Shown here piece by piece: positions 1-12,400 of a stretch of DNA of 64,000 bases. The DNA lies in NCBI RefSeq assembly GCF_001194135.2, contig NC_068991.1, positions 39,471,618-39,535,617 of the forward strand. The letters are read 5' to 3'. The translations under genes and the position numbers were made by a program. This stretch comes from Octopus bimaculoides. Lineage: Eukaryota. The notes below the pieces were generated by a model that saw nothing but the letters and a program-made list of their open reading frames with translations, had not been told where the DNA came from and did not search any database. Positions within the stretch are counted from its first letter, which is position 1. Every line of letters starts with the position of its first letter.

Positions 1-244
1 TCAGCTGAATTTGAACTCAGAATGGACGAAATACCACTAAGCATTAATGGTTCTGCCAGCTCACCACCTTGTTTGTATCTTCATATTTGTATTTAGAACT
101 AGTGAAACTTGATGATCTGTTCACACTTTGCTTGTTTTGAATCATTTTTAATGAATGACAAGGGACGGAGAGATGTGGCGATTTGCTGTACTTGGAAGAG
201 ATATGTCAAGCTAAGTAAAATCACTGTCTTCCACACATACAGGC

Positions 245-500
245 TTGTTCTTTCAGGTGTCGGTGCCACATAGAAAGCACTTGTGCCAGTGGTGCGTTAA
301 CACACTTGTGCCGGTGCTATGTAAATGTACCTGTGTAAAAAGCACCCGGCACTTTGTTAAGCGGTTGGCGTTAGGACATCCAGCTATAGAAACCATGCCA
401 CAACAGACAGTTGGAATCTGGACAGCTCCCTGCTAGCTAGCTCCATGTCAAACCGTCCAACCCATGCTAGCATGGAAAGAGGATGCTAAACAATGATGGT
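245..500 (+). mobile_element. RTE-LINE 3' UTR-derived repeat copy
   Basis: Ends ccaacccatgctagcatggaaagaggatgctaaacaatgatg, matching the 3' end of the RTE at 20030-22830. It carries the internal tgccggtg/aaaaagcacc subrepeats. Boundaries are approximate. Confidence 0.7.
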
Positions 501-879
501 TTAGTTCTAGTTTTGTAAAAATCAATATGGAGACACTTCTGTATGTAAATATCTACATCTCATACTACTTCAAGCATTGCAAAATATATGTTGGAGTTCG
601 GATATAAATGATTTAACTGAGATTGTTGTCTGAAATTTGGCAATAAGTTTTCTTCTGATGATAGGGCACCCATCACATTTTGGTGAATTTTTAAAGACAT
701 TCAAACATTTTAACTTTCCATAATTCTTCAGGTTTAATTATTGTTAACTCTCTCTCTCTCTGGTTGGGTAATCATGTACCTTCTCTACAGCAAGACACCT
801 GTTTCTGTCTTTCATCATCTGACACAAAATCACCTCCCCCAATGCCCCTTCCCCTCTCAAAAACTCCTTGTCTTGCAAG

Positions 880-1180
880 TTACTTAGTAATCTTGCCAGT
901 GCGGGTGCCATCTAAAAAACACCCAGTCCACACTGTAAAGAAGTTGGCATTTGGAAGGGGATCCAGCTGTAAAAACCATGCCAAAACTGACCTTGTCTGT
1001 GCCGGTGTCACGTAAAAAGCATTCAGTTGACTCTGCAAGGCAGTTGGTGTTAGGAGGGGCATCCAGCCACAAAAACCATGCCAAAACAGACACAAGTCTG
1101 GTGCAGTCTTTTGCCTAGACAGCTCCTGTCTAACCCATGCCAGCATGGAAGGAGGATGTTAAACGACGATGATAATGATG
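880..1180 (+). mobile_element. RTE-LINE 3' UTR-derived repeat copy
   Basis: Same family as above, with a (GAT)n tail near 1166-1180. Confidence 0.7.
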
Positions 1181-1699
1181 ATTTGTAAGGTCTACAAATA
1201 AATACCCAGTACATTTTCTTAAGAAGTTGGCTTGATTACAGTAAAATATCTGTAACACCAGTTGTAAAGGCATATTTAGGTATTAGTATATTCAGTATGA
1301 TCACAGCAATGACCAATGAGAGATAACGGAGACATTTCTTCTGTACTTAATACTTGCCCTTCAATCAGTCATTTTTAATAATGCCAAGATATTAGCATTA
1401 ATCCACATTGTATTATAGACAAATGAAAAGTTTCTGACCAGACTATGGATATGTGGTAAGAATTTTGCTTCCCAACCACATAGTTCTGAGATAAGTCCCA
1501 CTGCATAGCATCTTGGGTCAGTGCCTTTTACTATAGCCTCAGGCCAACAAAAGCCTTGTAAGTGGATTTGGTAGATGAAAACTAAAAGAAATCTATCTCA
1601 CACAAACACATATATATAATATATATATGAGTCCCCAACCATTGTTTGACAACGAGTGTTGCTTTGTTTACATCCCCATAACTTAGTGGTTTTGTTGGC

Positions 1700-2780
1700 C
1701 TCTTTTGAGACGAACAATAAATTCCAGATTTAAAAATAAAATACTAGGATCAGTTTGTTTGACTAGCCCTTTAAAGTTGTACCCCAGGAAAGCCACAGTC
1801 CAAGGACTGAAACAACATAAAGATAAAAAAGAAATACCCCCATATTTCCAGATCTCAGTACTGGCCATCACAATGCATAGTCATTCACATGGTTGTATAA
1901 GTACTTTTTGCCACTACAACTCTTAGGTGTCTATAGCTTACATTGGGTACAACATATGGAATCTATATCTACTCCCTTTTTGAATATTGAACAAGACCAT
2001 TTCCATGAAGATACCAGGGTCCTGTCTTCTTTCCCACTTAAATCTTTGATAAGTTTACCTTGAAGCCTCTCAATTCCAGGTTTAGCTTCTATACCTGAAA
2101 TTCCTTCTATTTCCCTATAGAGCAATGAGAAATATATCATCAGCCTATAGGAATTCCAATGGACTGCCAGTATAAAACTCCTGTAATGGCCTGCAGGAAT
2201 ATGATGAATAAATGAGAACTGAGGGTTGAGCATTGATAGACTTCTATCCTCATGCTAAAGTCACTGAAATCGTTGGCTCTCACTTTACTCACTGCATCTT
2301 TGACTGTAGCCTACACAACCATGAGCCACTTATCTACACCTAGTTTCCTTAGTGACCACTAAATGCAACCAAATGCCTTCTCAAAATCAATGAGTGCCCG
2401 GAATAGTGGTTTACTTTTAGCCAAGTATTTTTCCTGCAGTTGCCTCATTAGGAAAATTACATCCATGGTACCTTCCCAAGCACGAAGCCAAATTCCATCT
2501 CATCTAGGGCTACTTTTCCATGAACCAATTGTGTTATGACTTTCTCCATGTCTTTCATAATTTGATCCTGGAGTTTGACTTTTCTATAATTGCTTCTTTC
2601 TAAGCCATCTCCTTTGCTTTTATAGCAGTTTACAATGATACTGCTACAGCAGCCATTGGGTAAGACACCATCTTGTTTAACTTGATTATCTATCCAAGTG
2701 GTCATCACGTATCCTACCTCACCAGATATTTTGAGTTCCATAATAAGTTTCTATGGCCTTTGACTGTTTCTAACTTGCAG
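1700..2780 (-). mobile_element. Decayed RTE-type LINE reverse transcriptase fragment
   Basis: Minus-strand peptides SSIIVNCYKSKGDGLERSNYRKVKLQDQIMK...LDEMEFGF and GVDIDSICCTQCKL are homologous to the RTE at 20-22 kb. There are many stops and frameshifts. Confidence 0.8.
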
Positions 2781-3287
2781 AGCTTCCAAGTAAACATAAT
2801 GGTCTTTGTAATCAGAGAAAATATGGATGGCTTTATCTAAGAAAGACAACAGTATCCATAACTTGTTTTGCAGGACTGTTTGGCTGTGTGGTTAAGAAGT
2901 AGTTCTCATTCCAACTGTGTTATTCCAAGTTCAATCCAGTGGAATGGTACTTTGAACATGTAGCTTCTATCATAACCTTGGGTTGTCCAATAAATGTTTT
3001 GTGAATGGAATTTGGTAGATGGAAACTACTGGCAGTTCATTGTTGATGTGCGTTTGCAAAGGATGCAAACAACGACAAGTGCTCTTTGTTGTTGTTGACA
3101 ATGACGACAATGATGATGATCATCATCATCATGATTATTATTTAGCATCTGTTTTTCATGTTGGCATGGGTTAGATGGTTTCACTGGAACTGACAAGCTG
3201 GAGAATTGCACAGGCACCAGTCTGTTTTGGCTTGGTTGCTACAGCTGGATGCCTTTCCTAATGCTAACCACTCCATAGAATATAGTG

Positions 3288-3546
3288 CAGTGGTTCTTAA
3301 ACTGGGGAGAGGGGAGTCATGGAGGGTTTGGGAGAAAATAATTTATTTCATGTATTTGAGGGATTGTATTGCTGTGTCATGTATTGCAGCTGCTAGTGGT
3401 GTCATGACTGTATGTACTTTGCTCTTGCTCTGTGAATCCTGCGGCACTTTGTGTTTCAAGACCATCACAAAATTTATCACAGGAGTCACAGTAATACGTT
3501 GGAGAGCCTCAAGGAGTAAGATGGTGAAAAAGGTTAAGAACCACTG
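3288..3546. mobile_element. hAT (Charlie/MER5-like) MITE nested in an RTE 3' UTR copy
   Basis: TIRs CAGTGGTTCTTAA...TTAAGAACCACTG with an 8-bp TSD atatagtg/atgtagtg (1 mismatch). Confidence 0.8.
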
Positions 3547-6227
3547 ATGTAGTGGGTGCCTTTTATGTGTCACTGGCACAGATGCCTTTAGCGTGTCACT
3601 GGCATTGGCCATGACTACAATTTCACTTGGCAGCAAATTGTGAAAAGTCTGTCACTTGTCATTTGCATCCATGAGACTCAACATCCGAAGATCATACTGC
3701 ACCACCTCATTCCATATGAAGTAATCTTTTGTGCTATTTGTTTTGTACCAAAATACAGACACTCATCATAAACACAGTAATCTAGTGATAAGCCTTTTTA
3801 GAAAACTAATCAACAACCTTATTGTTCACCACTTGCTTTAAAAAGTAAAGTATGAGACATTGATTGTTGCAGTGCAGCAAAAAACCTAGTCAGTCATGTT
3901 ATAAAGAAGTTCAATAATAAATAAACATTTGTTATACATATTACTACTATTAGCACAACATTAATTAGTTCAGCTAAATTCACAAAGAGAGCTGCATAAG
4001 CAGTACATACAACCATTTTAGTTAGCAAGGAAGTCTTTGCATACTTATTGAACATCCAAGAAATTGAAGAAAAATCTTCCTCAAACACCAGCCTACAGTC
4101 TTCAAAATAGTTTATACTAATGTTGAATATAATGTCAGGAAAGCAGGCAGGAAAGTCAGAGCTAAAATACTGGTCAAACAATAAATTTTCAGTGAAAATA
4201 TTTCCCTCAGCAAGTGTGAACACTTAAGAGACTGACAGAAGCTAAAACTCCACACAAAGTGGCCTTTAAACCATTACAGAAGGTAACTAGTGTCTTATAA
4301 AGTTTTCATGATACACAAACTCCACTAAACACACATACAATAACATTTACAAATAATCCATAAAACTAGGGGACTTTATAGAAAAAAAGTAAAAAAAAAA
4401 AAAATACAATGACTGTTACAATCACAATGACAGAACAGGAGGTACCGTTATTGCCTTTATCAATGTCACAGGTTTATATCAAATACATTTAACATTAAAT
4501 ATTTTGCATCATCATTTAATATCTCTCCCATGCTAGCAATGGGTTGGATGGTTTGACAGTAACTGGTAAGTTAGAGACTGCACCAAGCTTCACTGTCTGC
4601 TTTGGTATGGTTTTTACAGCTGGATGCCCTTCAACCACTTTACAGAGGGGGCTAAAGAAATAAACTTTGTGAACAAGGACACCCAAAGATCTGAAAATTC
4701 TGCAATCCCTCTCTTACCCTTCTACTTCCACATCATTTCTTTATTTCTCATCTCTCTACAGTTTTATTATACTGCTGCTCCCTACACTCTCTTTTGTATT
4801 GCCACTTACCACCTCCTCCACCTTGATTCATTCCTATTTCCATCACTTTCCCCCCAACCCAAACTGATATTCACTACTGACTATACCTCCAGCTGTGTTC
4901 ACCATTTACTGCAGTCACCTCTATGCCAGTCTCTAATCATCTGTTACTCCTCTTTCGTACTCGTGAACTTATCAACTCTTCCTGTCTCTTTTCTCTGTTA
5001 TATTAAATTTGTTTGTACCTTGAGGGTACACCCCAATACCTCATAACCACCATATGTTCTCTCTTTCCAGTTCGGGTAGCCTAGTATCATCACTACAAAA
5101 AAGACACCTGAAGAACCTGTATCTGTCCCTCTATCATACTTTAGTCTCTTAACACCTGGCACAAAGCCACCTCCCTCAATATTACACCTCCACTAAATCA
5201 AGGAGCCTTGTCTTGTGAGTTACATGGTGAGTTACTAGTGTCTGGCATTAGAAAGGGCATCTAGCCATAGAAACCATGCCAAAGAAGACAGAAAGTGGGT
5301 AGATCAACTACCCACTTTCTTGGTTTTAGATTTTAAACAACTTTTGAAGGAGTTTTTCTTAACTAATTGCTTCAATGATTCCAATTGATTGGAGTTATTC
5401 AACTCAGTATTAATACAAGTATGAGACCTTCACCTTCTCACTCAACTATATAGTTGATATACATCATTATATTCTCTTTATATATAGATCACTCTCAGTC
5501 TTATTAAATGAGCAGAATATGATCTGCTGAGGCAGTTTAACGGCAATGAAACATGTCTGTTGCTTTAACCATTGAAAGACTAGTTTCCAAAACTTTTCAA
5601 TTAGCATAATCTTTCGGAGTTATCTCCCTTGCTTACTGTTTAAAAAAAATATTTTTTAAACATACACAGAAACAGTGTTTCTTCACTAATTGCATAGAAA
5701 ATCTTCATTAGTCAAAGTTTTTCAATACATTATATTACATAGGTGAGACTGTACTGTGTCTGTATAGAGAATTTTTCCTGAAATATATTCATGCAGCCCT
5801 AGTTTTGATATACTTGACAAAAGCCAAGCAAATATATGAAGCCTTGTAATGTAAAACCTGCCAAAAGAGTTGAAACAGTAATATATTGTACAGCAGACAA
5901 ATGTTTTTACCACTCAGTGAATCTGGAACTGAATACTGGCTTAATAAGCTGGTGAAGATAATCAAAACCTTATCTAATCATTCTGTTTTGTATCTAATTT
6001 TCAATCTAATACTAGTAAAATGATTTTGAAATGTTTAGTGGGGTTCATTAAAACTAGAGACCTTTCTACTGTTAATCACACTGTGAATTCAGAAATATAT
6101 CTTGTTTTTAGCTGTCAAATGCCTTGCATAGTTTGTCAATAAAAGCTACAGAGGAATTAAAAGAAGCGGTGATAGTAGGAGTGACTACATATGTCTTAAA
6201 TGAAGTAACTTGTTGGGAGTAACTTAC

Positions 6228-6340
6228 CTCGTTGTTTGTTTCTAACAATGCAGTAATTAAAGTTATTGGTGATGGTGACAGTTGTTGGCAATTATCACAT
6301 ACTTTTTGGAATTCGTTAATATTACTTGTCTTGGGCAATC
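6228..6340 (-). CDS. TRNT1: TRNT1-like exon (body domain); gene continues beyond the window start
   Basis: 113 nt between catctttttcag| and |gtaagt, phase 1 to 0. Translates GLPKTSNINEFQKVCDNCQQLSPSPITLITALLETNNE, versus human [38 protein letters not shown]. I found no next exon in 1-6227. Confidence 0.9.
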
Positions 6341-6710
6341 CTGAAAAAGATGGGGTAAAAAATACATAAAAGGAAATTAAATAAAATAAAGAAAAAATTT
6401 TGACATAAATTTGACTTATTTTTTTTTGTAATGTTTATCTCTATTAGTTTTGAAGCTTTTATGAGGAGAGAGATTTCTGACTTATAGTGGCTACTCTTAT
6501 GAACTACAGATAGAAATTAGTGCAAAGTGAAAAAACAAAAACAAAGGCATTTTATTGGATATATATATACTACTATTCTAGTTCTTAACTCTTGCTTAGA
6601 TAAACAACATATTTTTCTAGTTAATATTATGCATTGTAAATTTATTACTGACAGGAAAATGATACAGCAATGCCCACCAAGTTGTGAATTTTGATAAATC
6701 ATGAACCTTC

Positions 6711-6930
6711 ACTCTTTAACATTTAAACTGGCTATATCAGGCCCAAATATTCTACATGTTTTAGGCTCAAGCTGGCTAGATCTAGCCTCTTACACCTACT
6801 CTATAATATCATTCTAGAAATATACAATCAATCATTGAAATCTTGAAGCTACAAGATAATGCATGATTAATTCAAAGCAAGGTGAATAAAAAAGCATTAA
6901 ATTCAACAGAATAAACTGAACGCTAAAGGG
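6711..6930 (+). mobile_element. piggyBac-like (TTAA) MITE
   Basis: Same ~220-bp family as 31791-32010; ends cgctaaaggg|ttaa. Confidence 0.75.
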
Positions 6931-7159
6931 TTAAAAGTAACTCTAAGTATATAACTAAGAAACCCCTGTCAGCTGTGCTCAAGTAGATCTATGTCAAGTC
7001 AATAATAAAGGAATAACATAAAGGTACAGTACCTTGGATATGCCCTGACCCAGTCTAACCTGAAAATGCATCACCCAATCTGTCATGAAGATGTAAACAA
7101 ACCAACACTGGTCATCAAACAGTGAGGGGACAAACACAAAGACATGCACATGTATATAA

Positions 7160-7550
7160 GTGCAGGTATGGCTGTGTGTTAAGCAGCTTGATTCCCAACC
7201 ACATGGTTCAGGGTTCAGTATGTGGCACCTTGGGTGTTTTCTACTATAGCCTTGGGCTGACCAAAACCTTGTGAGTGGATGTGGTAGATGGAAACTGAAA
7301 GAAGCCCATCATATATATGTGTGCATGTGTGTGTGTCTTTGTGTTGTGTTTGTCCCCGCTCCCACTGCTTGATTACTATTGCAGCTATGTTTACATCTCT
7401 GTAACTTAGAAGTTCAGCAAAAGAGACTGATAGAATAATTGTCAGGCTTTAAAAAAGTAAGTACTGAGGTCAATACATTCGACTAAAAATTCTTCAAGGC
7501 AGTGTCCCACCATGGTCACAGTCTAATGACTGGAACAAATAAAAGATATA
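7160..7550 (+). mobile_element. tRNA-derived SINE, near full-length (head + internal TA/TG microsatellite + body)
   Basis: Head tggctgtgtg...cccaaccacatggttcagggttcag is tRNA-like, and the body ends gactggaacaaataaaagata. Partial copies recur near 1440, 2880, 7570, 16325, 17885, 22850, 28470, 42500-43260, 43750, 45140-45530, 50985, 52310 and 55215-56765. Confidence 0.8.
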
Positions 7551-7973
7551 AACACACACACACACACATGCACACAATAGACTTCCACAGTTTCCAGCTA
7601 CCAAATTCACCCACTAGGCATTGGTTGGCTCAGGGCTAGAGTAGAAGACACTTGACCAAAGTGCCATGCAATGGAACTGAACCTAAAACCACATGGTTTG
7701 AAGTGATCTTCTTAACCACCCAGCCTTGCCTGAACCTATAAAGAATATGGGATGCTCAACTAATTTGTGCATCGTCCTACAAATTTATAGGAAGCTGGTC
7801 CATAATATTAGAGAGATATTATTGGTTCTCAAATCAAGAGGTAAAGATAGATTAGTTTATTAGTGGAATAAGATATTAATTTAACATAAGTTATTAATTA
7901 TTGTGTAGGATGTGTTATGAAGGTTCGGTTTGTAAGTATCACTAAAATTAAAATACATGAATGCAAAACTTAC

Positions 7974-8081
7974 CAATATAGCTAAGTATCCCCAGATGAA
8001 ACATTGTGGACATCATATCAGCAGTAAGGGGACCATTCACAATCTTCTTTAACTCCTGCCAGATACGTTCACCAGAAACAT
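7974..8081 (-). CDS. TRNT1: TRNT1-like exon (motif E)
   Basis: 108 nt between ccttcttttccag| and |gtaagt, phase 1 to 1. Translates NVSGERIWQELKKIVNGPLTADMMSTMFHLGILSYI and contains the SGERIWxELKKI motif. Confidence 0.95.
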
Positions 8082-8155
8082 CTGGAAAAGAAGGATGCTC
8101 AAGTGAAATTGATGTCATGTAAGTCTAATAACTTGCTTAAATTTTGTTTCTTTCC

Positions 8156-8196
<41 letters not shown>

Positions 8197-8364
8197 CTGC
8201 ATAATATTATTACTATAATGTACACATAGATATATATGAATCTTCTGAGGACCATAGAAAATTGTGTGGTAATGAAATTGGAAGAATGAAGAGAAATTAT
8301 AAGGAAGATCATTAACAATCAGGCATCTCTGATCTATTGTGGTCTATTACCTATAGCATCATCA

Positions 8365-8838
8365 TCATCATCATTTAACGTCCGCTTTCCATGCTAGCAT
8401 GGGTTGGACGATTTGATTGAGGACTGGTGGAACCCGAAGGCTACACCAGGCTCCAATCTGATTTGGCAGAGTTTCTACAGCTGGTTACCCTTCCTAATGC
8501 CAACCACTTCGAGAGTGTAGTAGGTGTTTTTACATGTCACCCGCACGAAGGCCAGTCAGGCGATACTGGCAACGGCCATGCTCAAAATGGTGTATTTTAT
8601 GTGCCACCTGCACAAGAGCCAGTCCAGGGGTACTGGCAACGATCTCGCTCGAAAGTCCTTACACATGCTGCGGGCACAAGTGCCAGGAAGGCGACACTGG
8701 GCACAGGTGCCATCCCAATTTCGCTTGCCCCAATAAGTCTTCGCAAGCTGAGTTTCATTTCCAATGAAGGAGACGACGTTGGCATGGGTGCCAGTCATCG
8801 AATTTAGTTCGATTTCGATTTCACTTGCCTCAGCAGGT
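8365..8838 (-). mobile_element. Young RTE 3' UTR-subfamily copy
   Basis: Starts with a (CAT)n reverse tail, then tttaacgtccgctttccatgctagcatgggttggacgatttga. Nearly identical to the copies at 44160 and 52755. Confidence 0.8.
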
Positions 8839-8929
8839 CTATTATTGTTATTATTATTGTTATTATTATTATTACTACTACTACAAGGCAACATAAGAAG
8901 GAGAAGAAGGCAGCAAGTGAGCAGAATTG

Positions 8930-9110
8930 TTACCATGCTGGACTAAATGCTTAGCAGCATTTCACTCATCTTTATGTTCTGAGCTCAAATTCTGCCAAGG
9001 TCACCTTTGCCTTTTGTCCTTTTAAGGTTGATGAAATAAGTGCCAGTTGGTTACCCACTAGCATCAACTAGCCCTCTCTCACCAAATTTCAGGCCTTGTG
9101 CCTATAGTAG
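8930..9110 (+). mobile_element. SINE family 2 (gctggcagaatcgttagc... type)
   Basis: Shares gttctgagttcaaattctgccaaggt...gataaaataagtaccagtt with copies near 1-65, 14705-14915(-), 35405-35605, 39010-39200 and 40035-40248. Confidence 0.7.
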
Positions 9111-9185
9111 ACAGGATTATTATTATCATTATTATGATGATGATGATTTCTTTCATTTATAGATATAAAATGTGGGGATTTATAT

Positions 9186-9491
9186 TGTAGTAACGCCTGC
9201 ACATGCGTAGTCTTACGCATGCGTAGAATTAAACAAGCAAGCGTTTCCCGCTCAATTCATTCTCTTTCTCGCTGGTCAGCGATTGAGCATGGATGTGTGT
9301 TTAAAGCTGTCTCTACATCTTTCGGACTTACGCTCGACAGCTCGCTCACACCTACAGAACAACGTCCCAACAACTATGCTCATACACACAGAAGCTGTAA
9401 CAACAAGAACTAATGATGTACATATTTACCACCTAAATAAAGTGTTGTTTAAGTTGATAGTCTGGAGTTCAGCGTTCCGTTATATTCTATA
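9186..9491 (+). mobile_element. Probable solo LTR
   Basis: Begins TGTAGTAAC and ends GTTATATTCTATA, an imperfect inverted terminus with the terminal CA read as TA. It has AATAAA ~55 nt from the end, is much more CpG-rich than its flanks, and has 4-bp flanks atat/attt. Confidence 0.5.
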
Positions 9492-9539
9492 ATTTTATAG
9501 TAGAAAGTCAGGTATACAATCTAAAGATGTATAACCTAC

Positions 9540-12400
9540 ATTCCTCTACTAAAATATAAAACGATGAAGAAAAAAAGGAATGTAAGTATTTGTGGTATAA
9601 AATATTAAGAAAAAGAAATAATGTATACATAGTATACATCAATAAAAAGAAAAGATGACAATGATGTGATTGAACAGGAGGACTTCCAGGGTCAATTGAA
9701 GAACCCCACCATCCAAGAACTCCAGGAACATCAAGGGTAAGTGCTTGTTCCAATTTTTTTCTCTTATTTACAAGTTTATTCTTAAAGTGGTTGCATCTAT
9801 TCTTGCTGTTTCCATCACTCACACACATCTTTCAATAAATTCACTTAAAGACATTACTTGTCTCTCATCTTGATCTTCCTTTTCTTGAAGAAGTCAATGA
9901 GCGTTCAACGGAAGAGAGAAGTCTCTGCCATACTTTTCAGCTTCACCCACCACACAACTTCTTTTGCCAATGGCACCAAACAAAGAAAACCACCTTCTTT
10001 GCCTGGTTAAAGAAGGGATGCAGTGCAATCATCACTATGGACTTAGCCCACAGTTGGATTTGTTCTACATGTGACAATAACTGTTTGTTGTAACTGCAGC
10101 AATACTGGGACACTGAAGGAGTGCATGAAAAACAAATTCGTTGCTCTGTGCACATCTCAGACAAGCCCATCTGGCAGAACTTCCATGTCTGTAGAATTTA
10201 CCTTGAACTTATTACACCCCTCAATAGCATGACTAGGCCAAAGACTTCTGGAAATTATCCATGGGAGTCCTCAATCTTAAAGTCCTCTGGAAAAGGCTAG
10301 CCAGTCTCCCTAAGTCACATTGAGAACATAGTTCCTCTTCACCTCCACTATAGATTGCTAGAGTGAAACATCCTCTGACCTATTGTCTAACTAGTTGAGG
10401 GCAGTGAGCACCTGATAATATTCTGTGTCAAGTGCACAGTCTTGGTCTTTGCTTCACCCAGGGCAGCAGCTCTGTCAAAAAGATGAGCTGCAGAAAGATG
10501 TGCCTCATAAACAGTGCCCACAACCATTCATCATCTAGAAATCTATGCTGGTGGGACATCCACAGCATGCATCAGAAATTACAGTATGCCTAAGTATGTA
10601 GAGGGTTATGCTAACAAATGGACAACATGACCAGTAGAAAGTATCTATTCAACAAGACACTGAATAATGGCCAATCCAATCTGATCAGGTGGTAACTAGG
10701 GCAAGGCATGAGAGCCAGGCAGTAAACAATAATGGAGGCAATGCAGGCATTTGGCACCACTGCTCATCCTTCCAGGGGCAGCTTCCTCTCTTCCCATTTC
10801 TAGGTAAGACTGGCCACCTTGTTCATCACCTTTGCCCAGTTCCTCTCCACCTGGAAGTTAGGATCAAACCAAATCCTGAGCAGTTTGACTGGTTCATTAG
10901 GCCAGCATTCAATAATGTTGTCCAATGGGTGCCCAGCTGCAAGTTCACTGACTTGTCTGTGTTGATCTTGGCCCTTGCCACTATCTTGTTTTTCTTTACA
11001 ATGAAAAACAGATACTGACCATCTTTGCTTTAGAAGTGCCCAACACCATGACAATGACGTTTGCATACACTGAAATGGCCTTCCTGGATCCCAGTGTGAA
11101 AGGGATGAACCTCAACTGTTCCAATTTCTGGAGAATAGCTCCAGAAATGGCGTCTCAGAAGAGGTGAGAGCAGCCAGCCCTGATTGATTGAGTGTGCAAC
11201 ACAAAATAGTTCCAAGAGATGGCCGTTTACTTTGACCACTAAACAGCTGCTGCTGTGGATTGCAACAACATAATCTCTGTAAACAGGTTCAAAACCAACC
11301 AATTTCATGATGTCTTCCAAGTAACAATGGTCAACCCCATTGAAAGCTTTTAACAGAACCAAATTGATCATGGCCCTATGGAAGCCACCTTTGGTCCTAT
11401 GATGTATGACATCAAATAGAGGCTGTTTGGGGGTCAAACATATTTATGCCTACCTAACCAGATCACTGCTGACAAGTGCCAACCTTTTCACTTTTCATTA
11501 ACACCTTGGCCAAAAATCTTATACTCTGTGTTTAGGAGAATTATTGACCAAAAATTGCCTACAACATTCTCTTTGTCAGCATTCTTTTTCAACAGTGTTA
11601 TTCTTTGACTCACAGCACTAGGAATTCTTCAGTTTTGTTGTCAGTTGTGGTAGATATCTGTGAAGAGGTCATCAAACAAGTCTGGCATTAACTTGTAGAA
11701 TTTGGAGGGGGGAAACCATTCAAACTGGGTGATTTGTTCCATGAGCAACTGCTCATTGACCCCTTATTTCAGAGATTGTGATCACTTTTTGCAGAACCTC
11801 ACACTGAGGGCTTGGCTGAAAAGGAAAGTATTTGTCATGAGTCTTTAATCATGCCTACAACACAATCTCTTTCTCTATAATCACCAGGCAGAGTAAAGCT
11901 TCCTGCTCTTCTCATCTAAATGAATGCAGTGGGATGATTTTTCACAATGGACTCAACCTATCAATGGATTTGTCCCACATACAACAAAGTTGTTCAACAA
12001 AACTCCATGAGTCAGTAATGTTCAAATGTTGAATGTATGCAAGCAGAATAGTTTCTGCATGCACACATCTGAGATTGGCCTAAGTTGGCAGCTTCTGTAC
12101 ATGTAAAATTTTACTCAAACTGGTTTTGCTCATCAGCAGCATTGCCAGGCCAGGTATTTCTGCAGGTTATTCATAGTTCTCAGGCTGGAAGTGCTATAGA
12201 ACAGACTATCCAGTTTATTCTTGTCAATACCTAGAATTATTTCAGGAATTTTGTTGCTATTCTCCACTACCAGTTTTCTACTGAATGCTGATGTAGAGAT
12301 TCTACTGACTGCATTGCTCAACTGGAAGAGACTACAAACAGTACCAGACAATATTCCAGAAGTGCCCTATCTTGACCAACAACAATTGCTCTGTCAAATA
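9540..12400 (-). mobile_element. Decayed Tx1/L1-clade LINE ORF2 (RT, thumb, C-terminal region)
   Basis: LLKAFNGVDHCYLEDIMKLVGFEPVYRDYVVAIHSSSCLVVKVNGHLLELFCVAHSINQGWLLSPLL matches RT motifs KAFDRVDH...GVRQGCPLSPLL. VKLLRIWFDPNFQVERNW matches the downstream RT/thumb region. Confidence 0.8.

Noticed and set aside
3894-4223. 109-aa minus-strand ORF with faint resemblance (TAYAALF) to the TRNT1 PVTLLASLF region
   Set aside because: The true homologous exon is at 6228-6340. This ORF has the wrong splice phase, no good donor and no other recognisable homology.
5722-5870. Good acceptor (cttttggcag|) as a candidate next TRNT1 exon
   Set aside because: The phase-0 reading VLHYKASYICLAFVKYIKTRAA* stops early and does not resemble the expected LxxRLK...FIV segment.
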